Origin: an uncultured Bacilli bacterium
GTDB taxonomy: Bacteria; Bacillota_I; Bacilli_A; RF39; UBA660
Length of the DNA stretch: 64,000 nt
Assembly: GCA_947628905.1 (NCBI GenBank)
Contig: CANRBQ010000001.1
Coordinates: 6,900-70,899, forward strand
Direction: 5' to 3'
Shown here: positions 8,994-18,154 of the stretch, piece by piece
Layout: each line of letters starts with the position of its first letter
Position numbering within the stretch: position 1 is the first letter of the stretch
Position numbers and translations under genes: made by a program
The notes under the pieces: model-generated
Told to the model about the DNA's origin: nothing
Database searches by the model: none
The model's input: only the letters and a program-made list of their open reading frames with translations

Positions 8994-11153
8994 ATGCTAA
9001 AAGATAAAGTAGAAGAACCAATTAGTTTTGATATAGTTTATGAGAGAATTAAACAAAATATTTTAGATACTAATGAGTTGTTACAAATAAAAGAAGCTTA
9101 TAATTATGCTTTTATGAAACATAAAGGAATGAAAAGACTTAATGGAGAAGATTTTATTACGCATCCTTTACATGTAGCGGATATTGTTAATAGTTTAAAT
9201 GTAGATGCTACAACAATTATTGCGGCTTTACTTCATGAAGTAATGAATAATGGAGAAACGCTTTTAAGTGAAGTAGAAGAAAAATTTGGAAGTACGGTTG
9301 CGACAATAGTTGATTCTATAACAAAGATCAATAAATTAGAATTAGTAGATGATTCGGAATATAGTGCTATTTATCTTAGAAAAGTTTTAGTGGGACTGGC
9401 AACAGATGTTAGAGTGCTTTTTATTAAATTAGCTGATCGACTTCATAATATGCGAACTAATTATGCGATAAATCCCAAAAAACAAAAAGAAAAGGCTTAT
9501 GAAACTCAAGCTGTTTTAATTCCTATAGCGCATCGTTTGGGAATAAATTCTATTAAAAGTGAGCTTGAAGATTTATGTTTATATTATACGAAACCAGATG
9601 TTTATAAAGATATTTTAGAAAAGTTAGAAGAAACAAGAGAAGAACTTAATGATTCTTTAAATGAAATGCAAGAAAGTATAACTAATATTTTACAAGAGCA
9701 AGGACTTAAATTTAAAATTAAAGGAAGAGTTAAAAGTGTACATTCTATTTATAATAAATTAGCTAAAGGAAAAAAATGGAATGAAATATATGATATTTTA
9801 GCTCTTAGAGTAATATTAGATGAAGTTAGTGATTGTTATTTAGCAGTGGGGCTTGTTCATGCAAAATATCGTCCTATTCCTAAAAGATTTAAAGATTATA
9901 TTGCAATGCCTAAAGCTAATATGTATCAAAGTTTACATACAACAGTTTTTGGGGTTGATGGTCATTTATTTGAAGTACAATTTAGAACATATGAAATGGA
10001 TGAATTAGCTGAGAAAGGTATGGCATCACATTGGTCATATAAAGAGCATGGGACCAAAAAAGTTCAGAATATTATGGAACAGAAACTAGAGATGTTTCGA
10101 AATTTGATTGAGACTAATGAAACACAGGATGATGTGGAATTTGCAAGTGATGTTAATAGTGATATGCTGGCTGAGATGATTTATGTTTTTACGCCTAAAG
10201 GAGATGTAGTAGAACTTCCTAGAGGGGCAACACCAGTTGATTTTGCTTATCGTATTCACTCTGATGTAGGAGATAAAACTATTGGGGCAATTGTTAATGA
10301 TAATATTGTACCATTAAATCATGAATTAGATAATAATGATATTGTTAAAATTAAAACAAATAATACTGCTTCGCCAAATAAAGATTGGTTATCTTTTGTA
10401 AAAACTAGTCAAGCAAAAAATAAAATTAAGTCTTATTTTAGTAAACAAGAAAGAATGTTTTTAACTCTTAAAGGGAAAGATATTTTAGAAAAAGAATTAA
10501 GAAAGAAAAAGTTATCTTTTAGTGATGTTATTAATGATGATAATATTAAAATGATTGTTAAAGAGTTAAAATTAAAAGATTTAGATGATATATATTTATC
10601 AATTGGAACACTTAGATATACTGCTGGCTTTATAATTGGTCTTGCTACTGGAACTAAAGAGACAATTGGAGATGCATTGATTGAGAAAGTTAATAATCGT
10701 AGTATTACAAATAAAGCATATAAAAATGATATAATTGTTGCAGGTATTCCAGAGATACTTGTTAATATAGCTAAATGTTGTAAACCAGTTAAAGGTGATC
10801 AAATTGTGGGTTATATTACTAAAGGACAAGGAGTTACAGTACATAGAAGTGATTGCTCAAATATAACTAAAGAAAAAGATAGATTAATTGAAGTAAGTTG
10901 GAACCCTCAAAGTGATGCTTTATATTTAACTGATTTGGATATTTTGAGTGATAATAAGAAAAATTATTTAACGGATATAATAGCAATTGTTACAAAAAGG
11001 AATGCCTATATAGATTCTTTAAAAACAAAAGATTATACGACAAGTATAGAATATGAATTAACAATAAAGGTTAAAAATATTGAGGAGTTAAAAGCAATTA
11101 TAAGAGATTTAGAAAATTTAACTTTTATTATTGAAGTTAGGAGAGGTAAATAG
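8994..11153 (+). CDS. relA: bifunctional (p)ppGpp synthetase/hydrolase RelA/SpoT
   Basis: HD domain (HPLHVADIV, ALLHEV), synthetase domain (RVKSVHSIYNK, DILALRVIL), TGS and ACT regions. RBS GAGGAG precedes the ATG at 8994 (MLKDK). Confidence 0.9.
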   Translation: MLKDKVEEPISFDIVYERIKQNILDTNELLQIKEAYNYAFMKHKGMKRLNGEDFITHPLHVADIVNSLNVDATTIIAALLHEVMNNGETLLSEVEEKFGSTVATIVDSITKINKLELVDDSEYSAIYLRKVLVGLATDVRVLFIKLADRLHNMRTNYAINPKKQKEKAYETQAVLIPIAHRLGINSIKSELEDLCLYYTKPDVYKDILEKLEETREELNDSLNEMQESITNILQEQGLKFKIKGRVKSVHSIYNKLAKGKKWNEIYDILALRVILDEVSDCYLAVGLVHAKYRPIPKRFKDYIAMPKANMYQSLHTTVFGVDGHLFEVQFRTYEMDELAEKGMASHWSYKEHGTKKVQNIMEQKLEMFRNLIETNETQDDVEFASDVNSDMLAEMIYVFTPKGDVVELPRGATPVDFAYRIHSDVGDKTIGAIVNDNIVPLNHELDNNDIVKIKTNNTASPNKDWLSFVKTSQAKNKIKSYFSKQERMFLTLKGKDILEKELRKKKLSFSDVINDDNIKMIVKELKLKDLDDIYLSIGTLRYTAGFIIGLATGTKETIGDALIEKVNNRSITNKAYKNDIIVAGIPEILVNIAKCCKPVKGDQIVGYITKGQGVTVHRSDCSNITKEKDRLIEVSWNPQSDALYLTDLDILSDNKKNYLTDIIAIVTKRNAYIDSLKTKDYTTSIEYELTIKVKNIEELKAIIRDLENLTFIIEVRRGK

Positions 11154-11593
11154 TGAGAGTAATTGTCCAAAGAAGTAAGGAGAGCAGTGTTTCTGTTAAT
11201 AATAAAGTTATAGGTAGCATTAAGTCCGGTTTAGTAGTTTTAGTCGGGTTTACCGAAGGCGATAATGAAAAAATTATTGATAAGATGGTTAAAAAAATTG
11301 TTAATTTAAGGATTTTTGATGATGATGCAGGAGTCATGAATAAGTCTATTTTAGATGTTGGAGGTGCTATTTTATCAATAAGTCAGTTTACTTTGTATGC
11401 GAATACTAAAAAAGGCAATAGACCGTCTTATGTTGCCGCCTTAAATGGAAGTGAGGCGATTAAACTTTATGAATTATTTAATCAAAAATTAAGAGAATTT
11501 CTTTTAGTTGAAACAGGAGAATTTGGAGCAGAGATGATTGTTAATATAACTAATGATGGACCAATTACAATTGCAATGGAGGAACATGAATAA
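11153..11593 (+). CDS. dtd: D-aminoacyl-tRNA deacylase
   Basis: MRVIVQRS...SGLVVLVGF...SQFTLYA motifs typical of Dtd. Follows relA as in many Firmicutes. Confidence 0.85.
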   Translation: MRVIVQRSKESSVSVNNKVIGSIKSGLVVLVGFTEGDNEKIIDKMVKKIVNLRIFDDDAGVMNKSILDVGGAILSISQFTLYANTKKGNRPSYVAALNGSEAIKLYELFNQKLREFLLVETGEFGAEMIVNITNDGPITIAMEEHE

Positions 11594-12191
11594 GAAAGTA
11601 TTAGAAAAAGAATTAAGAAAGTATGGAAGAATTATTAGTGATGAAAGATATTTTTTAAAAGCAGGAGAGAGATTAGCAGGACTTTATATAAGACATTTTA
11701 AAAATATTTATAAAAATATAGATTTTAGAAATTTAGAATTAAAAGAGACAATTTTAAATTTTGAACAATATATTTTAATTCCAGAAGATGAAAAGTATTT
11801 GAAATTTGATTATATTAATAGAATAGTTTTAGCTCCAAGTTCTTATATAGAAATAGATTTAAAGTTTAATGTAATTAATTTATGTATAAGAGGTACAAAT
11901 AGAAAGATGCCTGATAAAACAACTTTAGAAGAAATTGTATATTTTATAAGAGAAAAATATAATTTTAAAGCTTTAGATATTAATTTAAAAGCTACTTTAG
12001 ATAAATTACTTTTAACATCATTAATATATAATTATACATTTAAAATATTAGAAGAAAAAGATATGTTTATTGCGGGTATGTTTAAAAATGCTTATTATGA
12101 TTTATTAATGGTAAGAGAAAGATTAAGAACTAATATTAATGAGGATAAAAAAGATAGGGATGATAATAGTTTTAAGATAAATAAGAGATAA
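11586..12191 (+). CDS. hypothetical protein
   Basis: ORF overlapping the dtd stop (ATG at 11586, MNKKVLEK). No recognisable motif. Confidence 0.4.
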   Translation: MNKKVLEKELRKYGRIISDERYFLKAGERLAGLYIRHFKNIYKNIDFRNLELKETILNFEQYILIPEDEKYLKFDYINRIVLAPSSYIEIDLKFNVINLCIRGTNRKMPDKTTLEEIVYFIREKYNFKALDINLKATLDKLLLTSLIYNYTFKILEEKDMFIAGMFKNAYYDLLMVRERLRTNINEDKKDRDDNSFKINKR

Positions 12192-12206
12192 TAATTTTTA
12201 AAATAA

Positions 12207-12241
12207 AAACTTGACTAATAAAAAGATTTATACTAAAATAC
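12207..12241 (+). promoter_or_regulatory. sigma-A-type promoter of the T-box leader (TTGACT-N17-TAAAAT)
   Basis: -35 TTGACT at 12207-12212, 17-nt spacer, -10 TAAAAT. Confidence 0.5.
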
Positions 12242-12242
12242 T

Positions 12243-12455
12243 AATATAGTATTTTTCTAAAGAAAGACCAAGTATAACTAGGTTTAACTTTAAAGAGAGG
12301 GCTAGATGCTGGGAATGCCTAAAGTTTAATAGTTAGAAAGACAGCTTTTATTATTTAGAAAACGCAGGTAATGCGATAAAATGTTAAGAGTACTTAGTAA
12401 AGTAAGGTGGCACCGCGCATATTATGCGTCCTTACAGATACTAAGTTTTTTTATG
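12243..12455 (+). promoter_or_regulatory. T-box riboswitch leader controlling the downstream aminoacyl-tRNA synthesis operon
   Basis: Stem I GA/K-turn-like AGAGAG at about 12293. T-box core AGGTGGCACCGCG at 12405-12417. Terminator helix ACTTAGTAAAGTAAGG / CCTTACAGATACTAAG encloses the T-box sequence and is followed by T7 at 12446-12452. RBS GGAGGA precedes the ATG at 12471. Confidence 0.7.
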
Positions 12456-12470
12456 TTTAGGAGGACGTTT

Positions 12471-13241
12471 ATGGAAAAAAAGATTGTTTTAGGGGAAGAT
12501 GCTAAATATTATAATTATGTAGAAAGATTATGGGATAGTGTAGCAAGTCTTTATAATTATAATTATTTAAAAACTAATGATAGTTTTGAAGATACTATTT
12601 ATTTTTTAGAAAAAGAAAATATTTCTAAGAATAAATATTATTTTGTAGCAGGAAATTATTTAGGATTATTTAATTTAAATGATTCCTTTATGGCTTTAGT
12701 AGAAGTTATTTCTTTAGCTTATCGTTTATTAGAAGAAATGGGTATGCAAGATGGATTAGTAGATATTGATATTAAAGATGATAAGATATTTAATTATTTG
12801 GAATTATTAGATGTTGATTATGAAATTGGACAAGTAAGTGAGTATAAAGAGTTTAAAACCACAATTTTTGAGATTATAAATGATAAAGAAGTATTAGTAT
12901 ATGGAGGAGAACTTAAAAATGGTTATGGTTTTATAATTGATTTAGAAAAGATTGTTAAAATATTAAAGGATATTGGAGATAAAAGATTATTAAATAATAC
13001 TTTAGATGTTAATATATTAGCTAATTCTATAGAAGAACAAATGGTAGGTATGAGGTTAGTACAAGATTTACGTTGGAGTGATATTAAAAGTGATATTGGA
13101 GAATTTGATTCAAGATTAACAGTTATATTAGATCAAGAAGCTTTAAATAAAGGTTTGATGCAAGTTAAAGATAATTTAACTGGAGATATCAAGGATGTTG
13201 ATGAAAACGAAATATTAGAATATTTAATTAGTAATTTATAA
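12471..13241 (+). CDS. hypothetical protein, first gene of the T-box-controlled asnS-aspS-gatCAB operon
   Basis: 257-aa ORF beginning MEKKIVLGEDAKYY just after the T-box terminator (the track ORF 12381 includes leader sequence). No class-II aaRS motifs seen. Function unknown. Confidence 0.55.
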   Translation: MEKKIVLGEDAKYYNYVERLWDSVASLYNYNYLKTNDSFEDTIYFLEKENISKNKYYFVAGNYLGLFNLNDSFMALVEVISLAYRLLEEMGMQDGLVDIDIKDDKIFNYLELLDVDYEIGQVSEYKEFKTTIFEIINDKEVLVYGGELKNGYGFIIDLEKIVKILKDIGDKRLLNNTLDVNILANSIEEQMVGMRLVQDLRWSDIKSDIGEFDSRLTVILDQEALNKGLMQVKDNLTGDIKDVDENEILEYLISNL

Positions 13242-13255
13242 GAAAGGAAATAATT

Positions 13256-14620
13256 ATGGATTTAAAAGAATTATTAGAGAATATAAAAGATTATGAGGGA
13301 AAGAGTGTAAAAGTTCAAGGATGGATTAGAAATCATCGCGATCAAAAGACTTTTGGTTTTATTGATTTTTCGGATGGTACTTGTTTTAAACATTTACAGA
13401 TTGTTTATGATGAAGAATTAGCTAATTTTAATCAAATTAAAAAATTATTAGTAGGATGTGCGATAGAAGTTACAGGAGAAATAGTTAAATCACAGGGAAA
13501 TCAAGATTATGAACTTAAAGCTAAAAAAATAGATTTATTAGGAGATTGTCCTGATGATTATCCTATACAGCCTAAACGCCATACAAAAGAATTTTTACGA
13601 GAAGTAGCTTATTTAAGACCAAGAACTAATTTATTTCAAGCTGTTTTTAGAGTAAGAAGTGTAGCTGCTTATGCGATTCATAAATACTTTCAAGAACGAG
13701 GTTATGTTTATTTTCATGCACCTTTAATTACGGCCAGTGATTGTGAAGGAGCAGGAGAAATGTTTCAAGTAACAACTTTACCTATTGATAAATTACAAGG
13801 AAAAATAGATTATAGCAAAGATTTTTTTGGTAAGATGACTAATCTTACGGTAAGTGGGCAATTAGAAGCAGAAACGTTTGCTCTCGCATATAAAAAAGTA
13901 TATACTTTTGGACCAACTTTTAGAGCGGAAAATTCTAATACTAAAACACATGCTTCAGAGTTTTGGATGATTGAACCTGAGATTGCTTTTTGTGATTTAG
14001 AAGAAGATATGAATATTATGGAAGATATGCTTAAATATATTGTTAAATATGTTTTAGATAACTCTTCAGATGAAATTGAATTTTTTGATAAATTTGTAGA
14101 AAAAGGATTAAAAGAGAAGTTAGAGAAATTAATTAAGAGTAATTTTACAAGAATTGATCATAAAGAAGCAATTAAAATACTTAAAGAAGCTAAAGTAGAT
14201 TTTGAATTTGCACCAGAATACGGGGAAGATATTGCTAAAGAACATGAAAAATATTTAACAGAATATTTTAATGGTCCTGTATTTATTAAGAATTGGCCTA
14301 AAGATATTAAAGCTTTTTATATGAAACAGAATTCTGATGGAGAAACTGTCGCGGCGGTTGATCTTGAAGTTCCGGGAGCAGGAGAATTAATGGGTGGTTC
14401 TCAAAGAGAAGAAAATTATGATAAATTAATTTCTCGAATGACAGAACTTAGGATGGATCCGGCGGCGATGGATTGGTATTTAAATTTAAGACGTTATGGA
14501 GGATGTGTTCATTCAGGTTTTGGAATGGGATTTGAAAGATTACTTATTTATTTAACAGGGGTAGATAATATTAGAGATGTTATCCCTTATCCTAGAACAC
14601 CTAAGGCATGCGATTATTAG
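13256..14620 (+). CDS. asnS: asparagine--tRNA ligase
   Basis: Class IIb aaRS with N-terminal OB fold (VKVQGWIRNHRDQKTFGFIDF). C-terminus ERLLIYLTGVDNIRDVIPYPRTP is typical of AsnRS. Confidence 0.85.
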   Translation: MDLKELLENIKDYEGKSVKVQGWIRNHRDQKTFGFIDFSDGTCFKHLQIVYDEELANFNQIKKLLVGCAIEVTGEIVKSQGNQDYELKAKKIDLLGDCPDDYPIQPKRHTKEFLREVAYLRPRTNLFQAVFRVRSVAAYAIHKYFQERGYVYFHAPLITASDCEGAGEMFQVTTLPIDKLQGKIDYSKDFFGKMTNLTVSGQLEAETFALAYKKVYTFGPTFRAENSNTKTHASEFWMIEPEIAFCDLEEDMNIMEDMLKYIVKYVLDNSSDEIEFFDKFVEKGLKEKLEKLIKSNFTRIDHKEAIKILKEAKVDFEFAPEYGEDIAKEHEKYLTEYFNGPVFIKNWPKDIKAFYMKQNSDGETVAAVDLEVPGAGELMGGSQREENYDKLISRMTELRMDPAAMDWYLNLRRYGGCVHSGFGMGFERLLIYLTGVDNIRDVIPYPRTPKACDY

Positions 14621-14635
14621 AAAGAAGGATTAAAA

Positions 14636-16396
14636 GTGAAAAAATATAATAATGGTGAATTTAGATTAAAAGATGTAGATAGTATTTATACTGTTTATGG
14701 TTGGGTAAATAAAAGAAGAGATATGGGGGGAGTAATATTTGTTGATTTAAGAGATCGAAGTGGTTTTTTACAAGTAGTATTTAATAGAGAGTTTTTAAAA
14801 AGTGATTTTGCGTTAGCAGAGTCTTTACGAAATGAATTTTGTATTAAAGTTACTGGTAAATTAATTAAAAGAACTCCTGATATGATTAATCCTAAGATTC
14901 CTACAGGAGAAGTAGAATTAATGGTGCAAGAATTAGAAATTCTTAGTGAGTGTGATATATTGCCTTTTAATGTATATGATGATAGACAAGAAGTTAATGA
15001 AAATGTAGCTTTAAAATATCGTTATTTAGATTTAAGAAGAGATAATTTAAAAAATAATATTATTTTAAGACATAATATTATTACAAGTATTAGAGAATAT
15101 TTAAATAATTTAGGTTTTTTAGAGATTGAGACACCAATTTTGTGTAAATCAACACCAGAGGGGGCTAGAGATTATTTAGTGCCATCAAGAGTAAATAAAG
15201 GCTCTTTTTATGCACTTCCTCAGTCACCTCAAATATTTAAACAATTATTAATGGTAAGTGGATTTGAAAAATATTATCAAATTGCGCGCAGTTTTAGAGA
15301 TGAAGATTTAAGAAGTGATAGACAACCAGAGTTTACACAGATAGATTTAGAAGTTTCTTTTGCAGAAGAAGAAGATATTTGGAATATTACGGAAGGAATG
15401 ATTAAAAAAGTAGTTAAAGATGTAAAAAATATTGATCTTCCACCTTTTCCTAGAATTACTTATCAAGAAGCTATGGATAGATTTGGTTCTGATAAACCTG
15501 ATACAAGATTTGAAATGGAATTAAATGATTTAACAGATATTTTAAAAGATACTAATATGAATGTGTTTAGATCAGCGATAGAAAATGGGGGAATTGCTAA
15601 ATGTTTAATTGTTAAAAATAATGGCAATAAATATTCTCGTAGTGATATTGAACACATGATAGATTATGTAAAGATTTATGGAGCTAAAGGCATGGCTTGG
15701 TTAAAGTTTGATGATGATAAATTTAATGGAGTTATTGCTAAAAATTTAGAAGATGAGAAACTTAAATTAATGCAAGAAAGATTTGATATTACTAATAATG
15801 ATTTAGTTTTAATTGTGGTTGATAAACCAAAGATTGTTTATGCTTCTTTAGGGGCATTAAGAAATAAGATAGCTAAAGAATTAAATTTAATAGATGATTC
15901 TGCTCTTAATTTTGTTTGGATAACTGATTTTCCTTTCTTTGAATATTCAGAGACAGAAAAGAGATGGAAAGCAGAACATAATCCTTTTACAATGGTTAAA
16001 GATATTAATACTATTAATGATCCAGAACATTGTATTTCAAGAAGTTATGATTTAGTTGTTAATGGTTATGAGCTTGCTAGTGGAGGAGTTAGAAATCATA
16101 AAAGAGAAGATTTAGCTAAAATATTTAAAGCTCTTAGTATTAGTGATGAAGAGGCTAATAAAAGATTTGGCTTTGTTTTAGAAGCATTTAAATATGGAGT
16201 TCCTCCTCATGCAGGAATAGCATCAGGAATTGAAAGACTTACAATGGTTTTAGCGGGTACTAATGATATAAAGGATGTTATAGCGTTCCCTAAAACTCAA
16301 AGTGCGGCTGATTTAATGAGTGAAGCTCCAAGTGAAGTAAGTGAAGAACAATTAAAAGAATTAGGAATAAAAATAGATATTAAAGAAGAGGAGTAA
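14636..16396 (+). CDS. aspS: aspartate--tRNA ligase
   Basis: GWVNKRRDMGGVIFVDLRDRSG OB-fold, FYALPQSPQ, GDD-insertion domain, C-terminal GGVRNH..., AFPKTQSAADLM. Confidence 0.9.
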   Translation: MKKYNNGEFRLKDVDSIYTVYGWVNKRRDMGGVIFVDLRDRSGFLQVVFNREFLKSDFALAESLRNEFCIKVTGKLIKRTPDMINPKIPTGEVELMVQELEILSECDILPFNVYDDRQEVNENVALKYRYLDLRRDNLKNNIILRHNIITSIREYLNNLGFLEIETPILCKSTPEGARDYLVPSRVNKGSFYALPQSPQIFKQLLMVSGFEKYYQIARSFRDEDLRSDRQPEFTQIDLEVSFAEEEDIWNITEGMIKKVVKDVKNIDLPPFPRITYQEAMDRFGSDKPDTRFEMELNDLTDILKDTNMNVFRSAIENGGIAKCLIVKNNGNKYSRSDIEHMIDYVKIYGAKGMAWLKFDDDKFNGVIAKNLEDEKLKLMQERFDITNNDLVLIVVDKPKIVYASLGALRNKIAKELNLIDDSALNFVWITDFPFFEYSETEKRWKAEHNPFTMVKDINTINDPEHCISRSYDLVVNGYELASGGVRNHKREDLAKIFKALSISDEEANKRFGFVLEAFKYGVPPHAGIASGIERLTMVLAGTNDIKDVIAFPKTQSAADLMSEAPSEVSEEQLKELGIKIDIKEEE

Positions 16397-16401
16397 CTAT
16401 A

Positions 16402-16698
16402 ATGGCAAAATTTACTAAAGAAATGGTGGATTCTTATGCTGATAAATTACTTATTGGTTTAACACCAGAAGAAAATAAAATGGTTTTGGATGAATTTGAG
16501 GCAATTGATAAAAGTATTGATAAGATTAATGAAATTCCCAATATAAGTGAAGTTCCAGTAATGACACATGCACTTGATGATTTTCAGTTTGATTTAAGAG
16601 AAGATATTGCAGAAGATTCTATTCCTATAGAAGATGCTTTAAGAAATGCAGGAGGAGTAGAAGGAAGAGAAATTGAAGTACCAAAGGTGGTGGATTAA
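16402..16698 (+). CDS. gatC: Asp/Glu-tRNA amidotransferase subunit C
   Basis: 98-aa protein immediately upstream of gatA. Typical size and position. Confidence 0.75.
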   Translation: MAKFTKEMVDSYADKLLIGLTPEENKMVLDEFEAIDKSIDKINEIPNISEVPVMTHALDDFQFDLREDIAEDSIPIEDALRNAGGVEGREIEVPKVVD

Positions 16699-16699
16699 A

Positions 16700-18154
16700 A
16701 TGTATATGGATAAAAGTATTGAAGAATTACATGAATTATTAAAGGAAGGTAAAGTTACAAGTAAAGAATTAATTAAAGAAAGTCTTGTTAAATCTCATGA
16801 AGTACAAGAAAAATATAATGCTTTTGTAACTATTTGTGATGATGCGAAAGAAACTTCTGTAACGGATGAATTAGTGTCTGGAATTCCTTTTGGAGTAAAA
16901 GATAATTATTCTACTAAAGATGTTCTTTCTACAGGTTCATCTAATACATTAAAAAATTATGTACCTTTTTATACGGCAACTGTAGTTCAAAAGCTTTTTG
17001 ATAAAGGGGCTATAATGGCTAATAAAACAGTTTTAGATGAATTTGGTATGGGGGGAACAGGAACAACAGGACATACAGGAATAGTTAAAAATCCTTGGGA
17101 TCCAAAGAGAATGTGTGCTGGTTCTTCAGCGGGTTCTGCTTGTGCAGTGGCCGCGGGAGTATATCCTTATGCTTTGGGAAGTGATACAGGAGATTCTATT
17201 AGAAAACCAGCGGCTTTTTGTGGGATTGTAGGATATAAACCGACTTATGGTATGTTATCAAGATATGGTTTGTTTCCTTTTGCAAGTAGTTTGGATCACT
17301 GTGGAGTTTTAACAAGAAGTGTTAAGGACGCGGCAATTGTAGTGGATGCAATGAAAGGAAAAGATAGTCATGATATGACTTCTTGGGATTCAAGTAAAAT
17401 TAATTTGACTAAAAGTTTAAATGGAGATGTTAAGGGTAAGAAATTATTTTATATTAAAGAAATAGCTAATATAGATAATTATCCTCATGCTAGTTTGCAA
17501 CTTAAAGAACATTTAGAAAATTTTCATAATACTTTAGATAAATTTAGAAGTATAGGGGTAGAAATTGATGAAGTTAGTATTGATCAGAGACTTCTTAATG
17601 CAATACCATCTGTTTATGTAGTTTTATCTTGTGCTGAAGCTACTAGTAATATGTCTAATTTAACAGGTATTATTTTTGGACCACGAGGTAAAAGTGATAA
17701 AATAACTGATATGATGATGGAACATCGTACTAAAGGTTTTTCACCACTTATTAAAAGAAGATTTGTTATAGGTTCTTATATTTTACAAAAAGAAAATCAA
17801 GAAAGATACTTTAAAAATGCTGCGAGAGTTAGAAGATTAATTGTAGATAAAATGAAAGAACTATTTAAAGATTATGATGGTTTAATTTTACCAGTTTCAA
17901 GTGGACCTGCAAAATTTTTACAAGAGGGCGATGATACAATTGATGAAAATACAAATGTTTTAGAGGAACATTTACAAATAGGTAATTTTGGTGGTTTTCC
18001 TTCAATTACTATACCAGATGGTTTTATAAATAATTTACCTGTTGGTATTAATATTACGGGTAATTGTTATGATGATAGTAATGTGCTTAATTTAGCTTTT
18101 GCTTTAGAATCTACTATGAATTATAAAGGACAAATAGCAAAGGAGGTTAAATAA
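16700..18154 (+). CDS. gatA: Asp/Glu-tRNA amidotransferase subunit A (amidase)
   Basis: Amidase signature GGSSAGSA and GSDTGDSIR. ATG at 16700 is 1 nt after the gatC stop. Confidence 0.9.
   Translation: MYMDKSIEELHELLKEGKVTSKELIKESLVKSHEVQEKYNAFVTICDDAKETSVTDELVSGIPFGVKDNYSTKDVLSTGSSNTLKNYVPFYTATVVQKLFDKGAIMANKTVLDEFGMGGTGTTGHTGIVKNPWDPKRMCAGSSAGSACAVAAGVYPYALGSDTGDSIRKPAAFCGIVGYKPTYGMLSRYGLFPFASSLDHCGVLTRSVKDAAIVVDAMKGKDSHDMTSWDSSKINLTKSLNGDVKGKKLFYIKEIANIDNYPHASLQLKEHLENFHNTLDKFRSIGVEIDEVSIDQRLLNAIPSVYVVLSCAEATSNMSNLTGIIFGPRGKSDKITDMMMEHRTKGFSPLIKRRFVIGSYILQKENQERYFKNAARVRRLIVDKMKELFKDYDGLILPVSSGPAKFLQEGDDTIDENTNVLEEHLQIGNFGGFPSITIPDGFINNLPVGINITGNCYDDSNVLNLAFALESTMNYKGQIAKEVK

Noticed and set aside
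14721-14728. G6 runs inside aspS, gatA (17051) and the MOP flippase (8111)
   Set aside because: They are in-frame glycine codons in conserved housekeeping genes. There is no evidence of frameshifting, since the ORFs are intact.
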